Notes under the pieces: model-generated
What the model was told of the DNA's origin: nothing
Databases searched by the model: none
The model's input: only the letters and a program-made list of their open reading frames with translations
Assembly: GCA_044867345.1 (NCBI GenBank)
Contig: JBIOUU010000186.1
Span: forward strand, 3,895 to 67,894
DNA from: Actinomycetota bacterium
GTDB lineage: Bacteria; Actinomycetota; UBA4738; HRBIN12
Direction: 5' to 3'
DNA: 64,000 nt
Shown here: piece by piece, positions 1-8,927 of the stretch
Layout: every line of letters starts with the position of its first letter
How positions within the stretch are numbered: the stretch's first letter is position 1
Program-made: the position numbers and the translations under genes

Positions 1-218
1 CCGCAGTGGGACATCCGGCACAGCCGGACGTCCCCGGCGTCTACCAGGTGATCATCCGAGCGAGCGCGCCGAACGGCGCGCTGGCCCGCCCCGCCACGCT
101 CGCCCTCACCGTCCAGCCGATCCCAACGCCCTCTCCGTCGCCGACGGTGAGCCCCACGGTGAGCCCGACGGCGACCCCGTCACCGAGCGCCTCGCCCACC
201 GGCTCACCCACCCCCTGA
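1..218 (+). CDS. 3' end of a CDS truncated by the window edge; protein with Pro/Thr/Ser-rich C-terminal tail
   Basis: The frame of track ORF 6..218 is open to the window edge and ends at TGA 216-218. Low-complexity tail PTPSPSPTVSPTVSPTATPSPSASPTGSPTP. No family recognised. Overlaps the convergent GDPD gene by 15 nt. Confidence 0.5.
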   Translation, partial: AVGHPAQPDVPGVYQVIIRASAPNGALARPATLALTVQPIPTPSPSPTVSPTVSPTATPSPSASPTGSPTP

Positions 219-995
219 GCCTGGCCGGCCGGCCAGGACCTCGAGCCCCATCGCAGGGTCGTTTGACGCGACCGCGTCCACCCCCCAATCCAGCAGGAGG
301 CCGAAGGTCTCCCGGTCATCGACCGTCCACGTGCCCACCCGAACGCCGGCCCGGTGGGCCCGCTCGACGAAGGCCTGGCCGGCCGGCACCAATGCCCGAT
401 GCCCGGGGAACACGAACTCGTGTCCCGCGTCGAGCGCGTGGGCCAAGGCGGCGTCGGGATCGATGGCTCGGGTGAACAGGAAGCCCGTAGGCAGGGTCGG
501 CGCCAGGCGCTTGGACGCGGAGATGGAGCGCGGGTTGAACGAGATGATCAGGACGGGTCCTCGGAATGCGCTGGCCTGCACCTCTGCCACGGCTGCCTCC
601 ACGATCGCCTCCCGCTCGTCGTCGTAGGCCGGCTCTCCCGGGATGTTCTTGATCTCGACGGCCAGGCCTCCCCGGCCGCTTACCGCGTCCAGCACCTCTC
701 GGAACGCCGGGATCCGCAGGGGTCCGTCGCCCGTCCCTGCGTTCGCTGCCCGGATCTCCTCGAAGGTCAGCTCGTGGACCCAGCCCGACCCGTCCGTGGT
801 CCGGGATAGGTCCGGGTCGTGGAGCACCACCGGGATCCCGTCGGCCGACAGCCGCACGTCGAGCTCGAGGACCGAGGCCCCCATGGCGAGCGCGGCCTCG
901 AAGGAGGCAAGGGTGTTCTCCGGGTGCGTGGAGGAGGCACCGCGGTGGGCCACCACCACCGGGAACGCACTGGGGTTGAACGAATGTTCAGCCAT
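204..995 (-). CDS. glycerophosphodiester phosphodiesterase (GDPD family)
   Basis: Track ORF 204..1172 trimmed to ATG 995 (MAEHSF). VVAHRGASSTHPENTLASFEAA and ELDVRLSADGIPVVLHD are GDPD signatures. Confidence 0.85.
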   Translation of the reverse strand: MAEHSFNPSAFPVVVAHRGASSTHPENTLASFEAALAMGASVLELDVRLSADGIPVVLHDPDLSRTTDGSGWVHELTFEEIRAANAGTGDGPLRIPAFREVLDAVSGRGGLAVEIKNIPGEPAYDDEREAIVEAAVAEVQASAFRGPVLIISFNPRSISASKRLAPTLPTGFLFTRAIDPDAALAHALDAGHEFVFPGHRALVPAGQAFVERAHRAGVRVGTWTVDDRETFGLLLDWGVDAVASNDPAMGLEVLAGRPGSGGG

Positions 996-1085
996 TGCTG
1001 TGGAAAACCGGCCGGAGTATATTCGGCGGCGCTCGGCCCCTCGCCCGCAGGGCCCCGAACGGTCGTCCGCGGGTGGGGGTAGGGC

Positions 1086-1340
1086 ATGGAATGGGTCCGG
1101 CAGGCCAGGTGCATCGGGGTCGACCCCGAGCTGTTCTTCCCCGTGGGGTCCACAGGGCCGGCACTTGCGCAAGTGGAGGCGGCCAAGGCCGTCTGCGCCA
1201 TGTGCCCGGTCCGCCCCGACTGCCTTCAGTGGGCTCTGGCCACCGGCCAGGACGCGGGGGTCTGGGGCGGTACCTCCGAGGAGGAGCGCCGGGCCATGCG
1301 CCAGATCGGGCCGCCCGAACGGGTACCCGCCCTGGGCTGA
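1086..1340 (+). CDS. WhiB-family Fe-S transcriptional regulator
   Basis: 84 aa with four Cys (C9, C37-x2-C40-x5-C46: VCAMCPVRPDC) and the GVWGG turn typical of WhiB-like proteins. Confidence 0.9.
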   Translation: MEWVRQARCIGVDPELFFPVGSTGPALAQVEAAKAVCAMCPVRPDCLQWALATGQDAGVWGGTSEEERRAMRQIGPPERVPALG

Positions 1341-1356
1341 TCGGCGGCGCCCGAAC

Positions 1357-2031
1357 CTAGACCCGGCTCGACGGGCACAGGTGGTTCACCGGGCAGATCT
1401 CGCACTTGGGGTTGCGAGCGGTGCAGAGCTTTCGTCCGTGTTCGATCAAGACGTAGGTGAACGGGAACCACTTCTTCCTCGGGACGAGTCGCATCAGATC
1501 GCGCTCGATCTTGTCCGGGTCCTTCTCCGTGCTGAAGCCCAGGCGCTCGGCCAGCCGGCGCACGTGGGTATCGACGGCGATCCCCTCCACCTTCTCAAAG
1601 GCGTTGCCCAGCACGATGTTCGCCGTCTTGCGGGCCACGCCCGGTAGCGTCAGGAGGTCGTCCATGGTGTCGGGGATCTGCCCCCCGTAGACCTCGACGA
1701 TCCGCTGGCAGGCCCCACGGATGGCCCTGGTCTTCTGGTTGAAGAAGCCGGTGGGCTTGATGTCGGCCGCCAGCTCGGCTTCGGGCACTCTCAGATAGTC
1801 CTCACACGTGCGGTACTTCTGGAACAGCGACGCCGTGACCTGATTCACACGCTCGTCCGTGCACTGCGCCGACAGGATGGTGGCGATGAGCATCTCGAGC
1901 GGGGTGGAGAAGTTGAGCGCCACCTTGGCCTCGGGATACGTCTCCGACAGGATGCGGATGATCCCGGGCGCCCGCTTCTCGATCGGGCTGTCCCGGGTGA
2001 GCTTCGATGGGCTCCGCGGCGTCCCGGTCAC
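1357..2031 (-). CDS. nth: endonuclease III (DNA glycosylase/AP lyase)
   Basis: HhH-GPD motif LLTLPGVARKTANIVL and Fe-S Cys ladder CTARNPKCEICPVNHLC. Start set to GTG 2031, which forms a GTGA overlap with the upstream stop; the track ORF extends to 2244. Confidence 0.85.
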   Translation of the reverse strand: MTGTPRSPSKLTRDSPIEKRAPGIIRILSETYPEAKVALNFSTPLEMLIATILSAQCTDERVNQVTASLFQKYRTCEDYLRVPEAELAADIKPTGFFNQKTRAIRGACQRIVEVYGGQIPDTMDDLLTLPGVARKTANIVLGNAFEKVEGIAVDTHVRRLAERLGFSTEKDPDKIERDLMRLVPRKKWFPFTYVLIEHGRKLCTARNPKCEICPVNHLCPSSRV

Positions 2032-2300
2032 AGCACTCGGTGCCAGATCCTGGTCTCCCACTCCAGGCCCACGGTTCCCGCGTCCTCCTGGAACGGATCC
2101 CCCCATCGCTCGGAGGACTCCATCATCTGATCGTGGGATTCCCACTCGGTCAGGGTGGTGACCTCGCTCGGGTTCGACTCGCTGTTCCAGACCTGCTGGT
2201 TGCGGGCACCGTCCTGCTCGAAGGTCGGATACCACTTCTCGCACGCGGCCCGGAACCGGCCCACGTCGGGCACCGTCACCCGGAACTGCACGAGCACCAT
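2028..2300 (-). CDS. small ABM/Dabb-like (ferredoxin-fold) protein, function unknown
   Basis: 90 aa from ATG 2300, preceded by GGAGG. MVLVQFRVTVPD... has a small alpha+beta appearance; the family call is weak. Confidence 0.5.
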   Translation of the reverse strand: MVLVQFRVTVPDVGRFRAACEKWYPTFEQDGARNQQVWNSESNPSEVTTLTEWESHDQMMESSERWGDPFQEDAGTVGLEWETRIWHRVL

Positions 2301-2340
2301 GGCATTCCCCTCCTCGCCTCGGATCGGTCGGGGCTTCGCA

Positions 2341-3084
2341 CTACACCCATGCGCTCCCGAGCGGGAGCGACCGGGAGAACGACTCGCCGGCACCGTAGTG
2401 CTCCCACTCCCCCCCGGCATGCAGATGGACCTTTCCCGAACCCATCACGGTCCACCGCTCCCCGTCGCCGGCGGCAGCCGTGTTCGTGTCGATCGCGAAC
2501 AGCAGCCAGCCCGGTGGGGTCCACCGCACGATCAGGTCGGTCAGCCCGGGGACGAAGCTGTCGAGCTCGTCCCAATGGGGGCCGAAGTTCGTGTCGCTGA
2601 ACAGGTCGAGCCCAGGATGCTCCATCACGCTCTCGTCGATCACCATCGCGTCGCTGTCGGGCGCAGCCGGGCCCAGGCAAGCCACCCCCGCGCTGCACCC
2701 CGCGTAGGGGACGCCCGCCTTCATCACTCGAAGCAGCTCTGCGAGGAAAGGCGTCTTCGCCAGCTTGGCCGAGAGCACCTTGGGGTTCCCGCCGGAGAAG
2801 AAGACGGCGGAGGCGCCTTCCAGCCTTCCCACGAGCTCCGGCCGGGCGGCGTCCTCGCGGCTCTTCAGCGGAACCACCTCGGCCGGGATCCCCGCGGAAC
2901 CGTAGTGATCGAGGCCCTTGTTCGCCCAGTGGTCGAAGATCTCGTCACCCTCGTGGGCCGCCGCCGTGGGCAGGATCAACACTGGGGCGCCGGGGTTGGC
3001 CGATCGTTCCATGAGCCAGCGGTCCACCTCCGCCTGCCATGGCTCGAACTCCCCCGACCCGAGCAGCCCGAACGCGAGCGTCAT
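2341..3084 (-). CDS. peptidase S51 family protein (dipeptidase E / cyanophycinase-like)
   Basis: FFSGGNPKVL and nucleophile-elbow GCSAGV motifs. ATGA overlap with the stop of the upstream PIG-L gene. Confidence 0.75.
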   Translation of the reverse strand: MTLAFGLLGSGEFEPWQAEVDRWLMERSANPGAPVLILPTAAAHEGDEIFDHWANKGLDHYGSAGIPAEVVPLKSREDAARPELVGRLEGASAVFFSGGNPKVLSAKLAKTPFLAELLRVMKAGVPYAGCSAGVACLGPAAPDSDAMVIDESVMEHPGLDLFSDTNFGPHWDELDSFVPGLTDLIVRWTPPGWLLFAIDTNTAAAGDGERWTVMGSGKVHLHAGGEWEHYGAGESFSRSLPLGSAWV

Positions 3085-3794
3085 GCCTTCACCGCCGCCA
3101 GGCGGAAGTACTCGCCCCGCATGGCCTCGCGGAAGATGTCCTCACCGAAAGCCTGGACCATCCCCTCGACCTGGCTGACGTGCTCCTGGATGGCCACGAG
3201 CTTCTGCTCCAGGATGTCGGGAGGGAGGTCGTACTCGATACCGAGCTCCTCCCGCGGGGTCACCGGCGGCGTGCCGGGTCGGAACACGTTGAACCGGTTG
3301 TATACCGGCACCCATCGTTCGGCCCAATCTGGGGTCATCGTGGCGTAGAAGAGCTTCGCTCCGGGCTTCCCGACCTCCTCGAACCCCTCGGTGGCCCACC
3401 GAGACACGGACTTGTGGCCGGCGTGATCGGTCATCCCATCGGGTCCGAACGTCAGCACGGTGTCCGGCTGCACCTCGTCCATGATGGACCGGACCTTGCC
3501 CGCGCCCCCCTCGGGGAGCGGGGTGTCCATGTCCACGTCCGGCAGGTCGAGCCACAGGTGCTCGTCCACGCCGAGCACGGCCAGCGATCGCAGGAGCTCC
3601 TTCTCCCTCACCTCGCCCATCGTCGCCGAGGGCCATTTCTCCTCGTCCATGGAGCCTCCTTCGCCACGCGTCGCGGTGACACAGACGACGCGCGAGCCGT
3701 TCCGAACGGCCCGAGCCATGAGGCCCGCTGTGGTGTAGGTCTCATCGTCCGGATGGGCCCAGACTCCGAGGATCGTCCCGAGCTCGTCGGCCAC
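3081..3794 (-). CDS. PIG-L/LmbE family deacetylase (MshB/Mca-like)
   Basis: LGVWAHPDDETYTTAG metal-binding motif near the N-terminus. Start set to GTG 3794 behind GGAGGAAGGGAG; the track ORF starts at TTG 3863. Confidence 0.8.
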   Translation of the reverse strand: MADELGTILGVWAHPDDETYTTAGLMARAVRNGSRVVCVTATRGEGGSMDEEKWPSATMGEVREKELLRSLAVLGVDEHLWLDLPDVDMDTPLPEGGAGKVRSIMDEVQPDTVLTFGPDGMTDHAGHKSVSRWATEGFEEVGKPGAKLFYATMTPDWAERWVPVYNRFNVFRPGTPPVTPREELGIEYDLPPDILEQKLVAIQEHVSQVEGMVQAFGEDIFREAMRGEYFRLAAVKA

Positions 3795-3865
3795 TCGATG
3801 CTCCCTTCCTCCGGTCGTGAGACTGGGATCGCCAACCGCGAATCCTAGCCTCCCCCGGCGCAAAC

Positions 3866-3895
3866 GAAGAACGACCCCTTTCGGGGTCGTTCTTC
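3866..3895 (-). terminator. stem-loop terminator after the small Cys/His protein gene
   Basis: Perfect 13-bp inverted repeat GAAGAACGACCCC-TTTC-GGGGTCGTTCTTC, lying between the stop at 3938 and the next gene start. Only a weak T-run (GTTTG) follows on the minus strand. Confidence 0.6.
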
Positions 3896-3937
3896 TTCAC
3901 GGATCCCGCGCATCGGGAGGGGGGAGCGCGGGTTCCG

Positions 3938-4126
3938 TTAGCTCCCTGGATCGACGAGCCGCTTCCCCCGGTAGTTCGGGAAGACGATCTCGGCGTGTTG
4001 CCAGCACCGATCCGACAGGTTGTAGATGGAGAGCTTCGTATGGCAGCCGGGATGGGAGCACACGCGGCCCTGGTCCTCCGTCCTGGAGGCGGGGGGCAGG
4101 TGCCCGGGTCGGGTTCCCTTCGTCAT
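3938..4126 (-). CDS. small Cys/His (zinc-finger-like) protein, third gene after sigH-rshA
   Basis: 62 aa from ATG 4126, with GAAGGAG 7 nt upstream. Motif C-x4-C-x12-C-x2-H (CSHPGCHTKLSIYNLSDRCWQH). Followed by a terminator hairpin. Confidence 0.5.
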   Translation of the reverse strand: MTKGTRPGHLPPASRTEDQGRVCSHPGCHTKLSIYNLSDRCWQHAEIVFPNYRGKRLVDPGS

Positions 4127-4227
4127 GGGAGCGCTCCTTCGCCCGAGCATTCGCCGCCGGGACCCGGGTGGTTCGGACGATCTGAAGAGCCAGGCCGGGG
4201 CTGGCGGTTGAGGGTGCGGTCACCCGG

Positions 4228-4476
4228 CTACAAGGAGGTCGGAGGGGTCTCCTGCAGCAAGGCGTGGACCCGCTGGAGCAGGTCCGCGGGCACCTCGTCG
4301 CACCCACACTTGGCCCGCAGCATGGCCTTCAGCCGCCGTTGGAACTCCGAGCGGTCGGCGCAGTTCCCACACGTGCCGATGTGCTCGTGTACCTCGGCGT
4401 GCAGGGACAGATCGAGCTCGCCGTCGAGATAGAGCTCGATCTGCGTCAGGACCTGGCGGCAATCAATCGGACACAA
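4228..4476 (-). CDS. rshA: zinc-associated anti-sigma factor (RsrA/RshA type)
   Basis: ZAS motif H-x3-C-x2-C (HIGTCGNC) plus additional Cys. TTG start overlapping the sigH stop by 14 nt. Confidence 0.85.
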   Translation of the reverse strand: MCPIDCRQVLTQIELYLDGELDLSLHAEVHEHIGTCGNCADRSEFQRRLKAMLRAKCGCDEVPADLLQRVHALLQETPPTSL

Positions 4477-5050
4477 GGCCTCTCTCCCGTACCGTTTCCC
4501 ACAACGCCTTCTCCAGCGCCCTTCTTCCCCGATGCAGCCGGGACATCACGGTCCCGATCGGGATGCCCAGGATCTCGGCGATCTCCTTGTACGAGAATCC
4601 CTCGACGTCGGCAAGCAGCACCGCCAGCCGGAACCCCTCCGGCAGGGCCTCCAGGGCCCTCTGGACGTCCTCGTCCGGCATGCTCCGGATGACCTCCGCC
4701 TCCGCCGAGGGCTCGACCCCGCTCTCCCCCAGCTTGTCGTACAGGTACCACTCGTCGAGATCGTCCTCCTGCACGGTCACCGGCTCCCGCTGCTTCTTCC
4801 GGTAGGAGTTGATGAAGGTGTTCGTGAGGATCCGGTACATCCAGGCTCGTAGGTTCGTCCCCTCCTCGAACCCCGAGAATCCCCGGTAGGCCCGCAGATA
4901 CGTCTCCTGGACCAGATCCTCCGCGTCGGCGGGGTTGCGGGTCATGCGGAGCGCGGCCGAGTACAGGTTGGGCAGCAGGGGCAGCACCTCGCGCTCGAAC
5001 CGTTCCCTGAGCGCCGGGTCGTCGGGCGGCGCCGCCTGGCTACGCGCCAT
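4463..5050 (-). CDS. sigH: ECF RNA polymerase sigma factor SigH/SigR type
   Basis: Region 2 ([14 protein letters not shown]) and region 4 ([23 protein letters not shown]). Track ORF 4463..5302 trimmed to ATG 5050. Followed by a ZAS anti-sigma gene. Confidence 0.9.
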   Translation of the reverse strand: MARSQAAPPDDPALRERFEREVLPLLPNLYSAALRMTRNPADAEDLVQETYLRAYRGFSGFEEGTNLRAWMYRILTNTFINSYRKKQREPVTVQEDDLDEWYLYDKLGESGVEPSAEAEVIRSMPDEDVQRALEALPEGFRLAVLLADVEGFSYKEIAEILGIPIGTVMSRLHRGRRALEKALWETVRERGLVSD

Positions 5051-5159
5051 GCGCCCCAGTATCCCGCATCGACTGGTTCGCGACCCTGAGACACGCCCCT
5101 TGCACCCATCGCGATGGCGAGCGGCCCGATGGCTGTCACACAGCTCATCCGGTGACAAG

Positions 5160-7196
5160 ATGGCTGCCATGGCGAACGGCAACGACCGGCGCAACCGGTG
5201 GTCCGGGTTCGATCTGGGCGGCGGCTCGGGAGAGCCTCGGCGCCTGCGCACCTCGCCGTGGGTCTGGGTCATCGGCTTCCTTGTGGTCCTGGTCCTGTTC
5301 AACTACTTCGCGGCGCCCCGACCGAGCAAGCTCGACTACTCGGACTTCCTCGAGAAGGTGAGCGCCGGCCAGATCGTGGGCACGGTGAAGATCTCGGCGA
5401 CCACCGTGACCGGAACGTATGCGGAGGAGGGCAAGAAGGTCGAGTTCACCGCCGACATCCCGCCGATCCTCCAGGGCACGACGCAGCTCACGGACCAGCT
5501 GGACCAGAAGGGAGTTCCGTACACGGGCGTGACGCCGAGCCCGATCTCGAGCTTCCTCATCGGGTGGGTGGTGCCGCTCCTGCTGTTCGGCTTGCTCTGG
5601 TTCTTCCTGATCCGAAGGATGAGCGGAGCCCAGACCTCGGCGGCCCTGAACCTGGGCCGCAACAAGGTCCGGATCTACGACCGCAAGGAGATGAAGACCA
5701 CCTTCTCGGACGTCGCCGGGTTGGACGAGGCCGTGGAGGAGCTCCGCGAGATCGTCGACTTCCTGAAGACGCCCAAGAAATACCAGCGTCTGGGAGGGAG
5801 GATCCCGAAGGGCGTGCTGCTGCTCGGGCCTCCGGGGTGCGGCAAGACGCTGCTGGCCCGGGCGGTGGCCGGTGAGGCCAACGTCCCGTTCTTCTTCATG
5901 TCCGGTTCGGAGTTCGTCGAGATGTTCGTGGGCCTGGGCGCGGCCCGGGTGCGAGAGCTGTTCAACCAGGCGAAGGAGCGTGCCCCCGCGCTCGTGTTCA
6001 TCGACGAGCTCGACACGATCGGCAAGGGCCGGGGCGGCGCGCTGGGGGCCGGGTTCGGCGCGCACGACGAGCGGGAGCAGACCCTGAACCAGCTGCTCGT
6101 GGAGATGGATGGGTTCGACTCGTCCAAGGGCGTGATCATCATGGCCGCCACGAACCGGCCGGACGTGCTGGATCCCGCGCTCACGCGCCCGGGCCGGTTC
6201 GACCGCCAGGTGGTCGTGGACCGGCCGGATCTGCGGGGCCGGGAGGCCATCCTGCGCGTGCACGCGCGGGGCGTGGCCCTGGACCCGAACGTGGACCTTC
6301 GGGTGCTGGCTTCCCGGACACCGGGGTTCACCGGCGCCGACCTGGCCAACGTGATCAACGAGGCGGCGCTCCTGGCCGCCCGGCGGGAGAAGAACTCCGT
6401 GACGATGGAGGAGCTCGAGGAGGCCATCGACCGGGTCACGGCCGGGCTGGAACGCAAGAGCCGGATCATGTCCGAGCGGGAGCGCGAGATCGTGGCCACC
6501 CACGAGATGGGCCACGCGCTCCTCGCGTTGGACATGCCCACGGCCGACCCGGTGCACCGGGTCTCGATCATCCCCCGTGGCGCGGCCGCGCTCGGCATGA
6601 CCATGCAGCGGCCGCTGGAGGACCGCTACCTGCTCACAGAGCCCGAGCTGAAGGACCGGCTGGCCATCCTGCTCGGCGGGCGCACGGCCGAGGAGATCTC
6701 CTTCAAGCAGGTCTCGACCGGCGCCCAGAACGACCTCCAGCGAGCCACCGAGATCGCCCGGGCGATGGTGACCGAGTACGGCATGAGCGACCGCGTGGGG
6801 CCGCTGTCCTTCGGCAACGACGGATTCCGAAGCCCCGAGGGTCGTCTGTTGTTCCCCGGCGCCGCGCAGGAACTCTCGCCCGAGCTCGCGTCCCTCGTCG
6901 ACGAAGAGGTGAAGCGTCTGGTCGATGAAGCCCACGAGCGGGCGAATCGGGTGCTCGAGGCCCAGCGCGACCTGCTGGACCGGCTCGCCGACCTCCTGAT
7001 GGTGATCGAGGTCATCGAGGGATCCGACCTCAAGGCGTACGTGGAGGGGGACAAGCCCATCCCCACGCCCGAGGAAGCGCGGGCGCGGCTGGCGGAGAGC
7101 GGCAACGGCCGCCGGAGCCCGTCGGGACCGGAAATCATCGGGCAACCCCAGACCCGGCCGATCCCCCCGCCGCCGCCCGCCGCGATCGACGGCTAG
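5160..7196 (+). CDS. ftsH: ATP-dependent zinc metalloprotease FtsH
   Basis: TM segments, Walker A GPPGCGKT, Walker B VFIDELD and zinc site HEMGH. Start ATG 5160 (MAAMANG), within track ORF 4935..7196. Confidence 0.95.
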   Translation: MAAMANGNDRRNRWSGFDLGGGSGEPRRLRTSPWVWVIGFLVVLVLFNYFAAPRPSKLDYSDFLEKVSAGQIVGTVKISATTVTGTYAEEGKKVEFTADIPPILQGTTQLTDQLDQKGVPYTGVTPSPISSFLIGWVVPLLLFGLLWFFLIRRMSGAQTSAALNLGRNKVRIYDRKEMKTTFSDVAGLDEAVEELREIVDFLKTPKKYQRLGGRIPKGVLLLGPPGCGKTLLARAVAGEANVPFFFMSGSEFVEMFVGLGAARVRELFNQAKERAPALVFIDELDTIGKGRGGALGAGFGAHDEREQTLNQLLVEMDGFDSSKGVIIMAATNRPDVLDPALTRPGRFDRQVVVDRPDLRGREAILRVHARGVALDPNVDLRVLASRTPGFTGADLANVINEAALLAARREKNSVTMEELEEAIDRVTAGLERKSRIMSEREREIVATHEMGHALLALDMPTADPVHRVSIIPRGAAALGMTMQRPLEDRYLLTEPELKDRLAILLGGRTAEEISFKQVSTGAQNDLQRATEIARAMVTEYGMSDRVGPLSFGNDGFRSPEGRLLFPGAAQELSPELASLVDEEVKRLVDEAHERANRVLEAQRDLLDRLADLLMVIEVIEGSDLKAYVEGDKPIPTPEEARARLAESGNGRRSPSGPEIIGQPQTRPIPPPPPAAIDG

Positions 7197-8119
7197 GAAG
7201 GAGGCGGCTCGCCCCCGATCAGCAGGTCGAACCGCCCCCGGAACCTGTCCAGGAACCGGTAGTAGTTCCGCTTGGACCACTTCGCCCGCTCTGTCGGCGG
7301 GGTGTTGAACCACATCCGATGCTCGTGGCGGGTCACCGGCACCGGCACAACCACCGTTTTCAGCCCCGCCTCCTTCACCCGGAACGAGTACTCGATGTCG
7401 GCCGTCCGGTACCACTTGAACTTCTCGTCGAACAGCCCCACGTCGAGCAGGACCTCCCGCCGCATCGCCATGAGGTAGCCCTCGATGGCATCCACCTCCG
7501 GACCGTCGGAGGCCTCGAAGTCCTGCAGGTTGGACGTGACGATGCCGAACGGACCGACGATGCCGACCGCCGGGTCGGCCAGGGCCTCCTCGATCGGTCC
7601 GAAGACGTCGCCGGCGGGCTCGACCGAGCCGTCCACCACCAAGACGATCCGACCCAGCGATCGCTTCAGCCCGGCATTGCGGGCCGCGCCCCAGCCGGTC
7701 CCCTCGACGAGGGGGATGACCTCCACTTCCTCACCGAAGGAGGACGGACCCTGGCCCGTGACCTCCGCCACGACGTACTGGATGCGTCGGCCACTCTGAT
7801 GGGACCGGAACCCCTTCAGGGCCCGCGCGACGTCCTCAGGCCATCCCTCCACCACCCAGTGGACGGTGGCATCGGAGGTGGCCGGCTGCTCCAGGACCGA
7901 AGGGACGTCCTCCGGCCGAACCCTGGCGGGGGCTTCCTCGTCGGGACCTGCCGCCGCGGCGACGGGCTCCAGGCGAGGTCCGTCCGGCGAATCGACCACC
8001 GTGAACCCCAGATCCGAGATGCGGTCGCGGAGTCCGTCGGCGGCGGCGAAATCCTTGGCCTTCCGCCGCTCCTCGCGCTCGGCCGCCAGTCGTCGGACCT
8101 CGTCGGGCACGTCGCTCAC
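7193..8119 (-). CDS. GT-A fold glycosyltransferase (family 2-like) with CysRS-tail-like N-terminal extension
   Basis: The C-terminal ~200 aa look like GT2 (IVLVVDGS, DAIEGYLMAMRREV, DIEYSFR). The N-terminal ERRKAKDFAAADGLRDRISDLGFTVVDSPDG resembles the extreme C-terminus of cysteinyl-tRNA synthetase. GTG start. Confidence 0.7.
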   Translation of the reverse strand: MSDVPDEVRRLAAEREERRKAKDFAAADGLRDRISDLGFTVVDSPDGPRLEPVAAAAGPDEEAPARVRPEDVPSVLEQPATSDATVHWVVEGWPEDVARALKGFRSHQSGRRIQYVVAEVTGQGPSSFGEEVEVIPLVEGTGWGAARNAGLKRSLGRIVLVVDGSVEPAGDVFGPIEEALADPAVGIVGPFGIVTSNLQDFEASDGPEVDAIEGYLMAMRREVLLDVGLFDEKFKWYRTADIEYSFRVKEAGLKTVVVPVPVTRHEHRMWFNTPPTERAKWSKRNYYRFLDRFRGRFDLLIGGEPPPS

Positions 8120-8162
8120 GCCGGGTGCCTCCAGAAGCGCAGATCGGCCACGGCCGAGCGGC

Positions 8163-8582
8163 CTAGACCGGCTCCTTCGACACCGCCCGCAGGCGTCCCG
8201 CGATCGCCTCGAGTGTGTGGATGGCGATCGAAGGGTGCTCCTTCAGCAACCCGCGGAAGACCCATTCGGTGATGCCGAGAAGCCGGACGTCGGTGATGGC
8301 GGTGACCGTCGCCGTCCTCGGTCCGCCGTCGATGAGCGCGATCTCGCCGAAGAAGTCGCCGGGGCCAAGGATGGCCTTCTCCTTGCCCCCGATGGTCACG
8401 CGGCACTTCCCCTCGAGGATCAGGAACAGCCCGATCCCGTGCTCGCCCTCCCGGGCGATCACGGTCCCGGCCTTGTGCCGGACCTCCTTGGCCGCCTGGG
8501 CGATGACGGCGAGCTCCCGCTTGGAGCAGCCGGAGAAGAGCGGGACCTTGGCCAGTAGCTCCGTCACGTCGTCCTTCGCCAC
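8163..8582 (-). CDS. stand-alone cyclic-nucleotide-binding domain protein
   Basis: 139 aa; CAP-effector-domain pattern with phosphate-binding cassette FFGEIALIDGGPRTATV; no HTH. Confidence 0.85.
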   Translation of the reverse strand: MAKDDVTELLAKVPLFSGCSKRELAVIAQAAKEVRHKAGTVIAREGEHGIGLFLILEGKCRVTIGGKEKAILGPGDFFGEIALIDGGPRTATVTAITDVRLLGITEWVFRGLLKEHPSIAIHTLEAIAGRLRAVSKEPV

Positions 8583-8692
8583 CCGTCGACCCCCTCACGC
8601 GGCGGCCGCGAACCGCCTGGTCCGAGCAGGCTGGGATCCTATCGCGATCGGACCGCACGGCGCGAAGGACGGCCGGCCCATAGGATGAGCGC

Positions 8693-8857
8693 GTGACCGA
8701 AGGCCGCCGTTTCGCCGCGATCGTGGTGCTGTTCCTGCTCGGGTTCGCCATGGTGGCGTTGGCGAACGCCCTCGACGCGTACTGGCCCCTCTTCGTGACG
8801 CCGCTGCCGTACGCGATCATCCCCTGGCTGGTCGTCCACGCCGACGACCAGGACTGA
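8693..8857 (+). CDS. possible small membrane protein (54 aa, below track length cut-off)
   Basis: GTG start after AGGA. The frame has almost all codons ending in G/C. Hydrophobic FAAIVVLFLLGFAMVALA and PYAIIPWLVV segments. No homology recognised. Confidence 0.35.
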   Translation: MTEGRRFAAIVVLFLLGFAMVALANALDAYWPLFVTPLPYAIIPWLVVHADDQD

Positions 8858-8927
8858 CCACCGACTCCAGGGCCGATCGACGGCTCTCTTGAGACCGTTG
8901 TCGCCGGTCGCTACCCTGCATGGCCTC

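Noticed and set aside
1-218. Similar Pro/Thr/Ser-rich tails on the edge CDS and on the UPF0182 protein (12929..13000) as evidence of a shared repeat or mobile cassette
   Set aside because: Only low-complexity composition is shared (PT versus SP repeats). There is no extended nucleotide identity by eye. Such linkers and tails are common in actinobacterial exported proteins.
5051-5159. SigH/SigR-type autoregulatory promoter (GGAAT-N18-GTT) in the sigH-ftsH spacer and upstream of the PIG-L gene
   Set aside because: I scanned both strands by eye and found no convincing match (only GGATT- and CGAACC-like fragments with wrong spacing), so no promoter is reported.
5145-7415. 756-aa ORF antisense to ftsH
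   Set aside because: It lies entirely opposite a gene with unmistakable FtsH motifs. The product is Arg/Gly/Pro-rich low-complexity sequence, typical of antisense frames in high-GC DNA. No motifs recognised.
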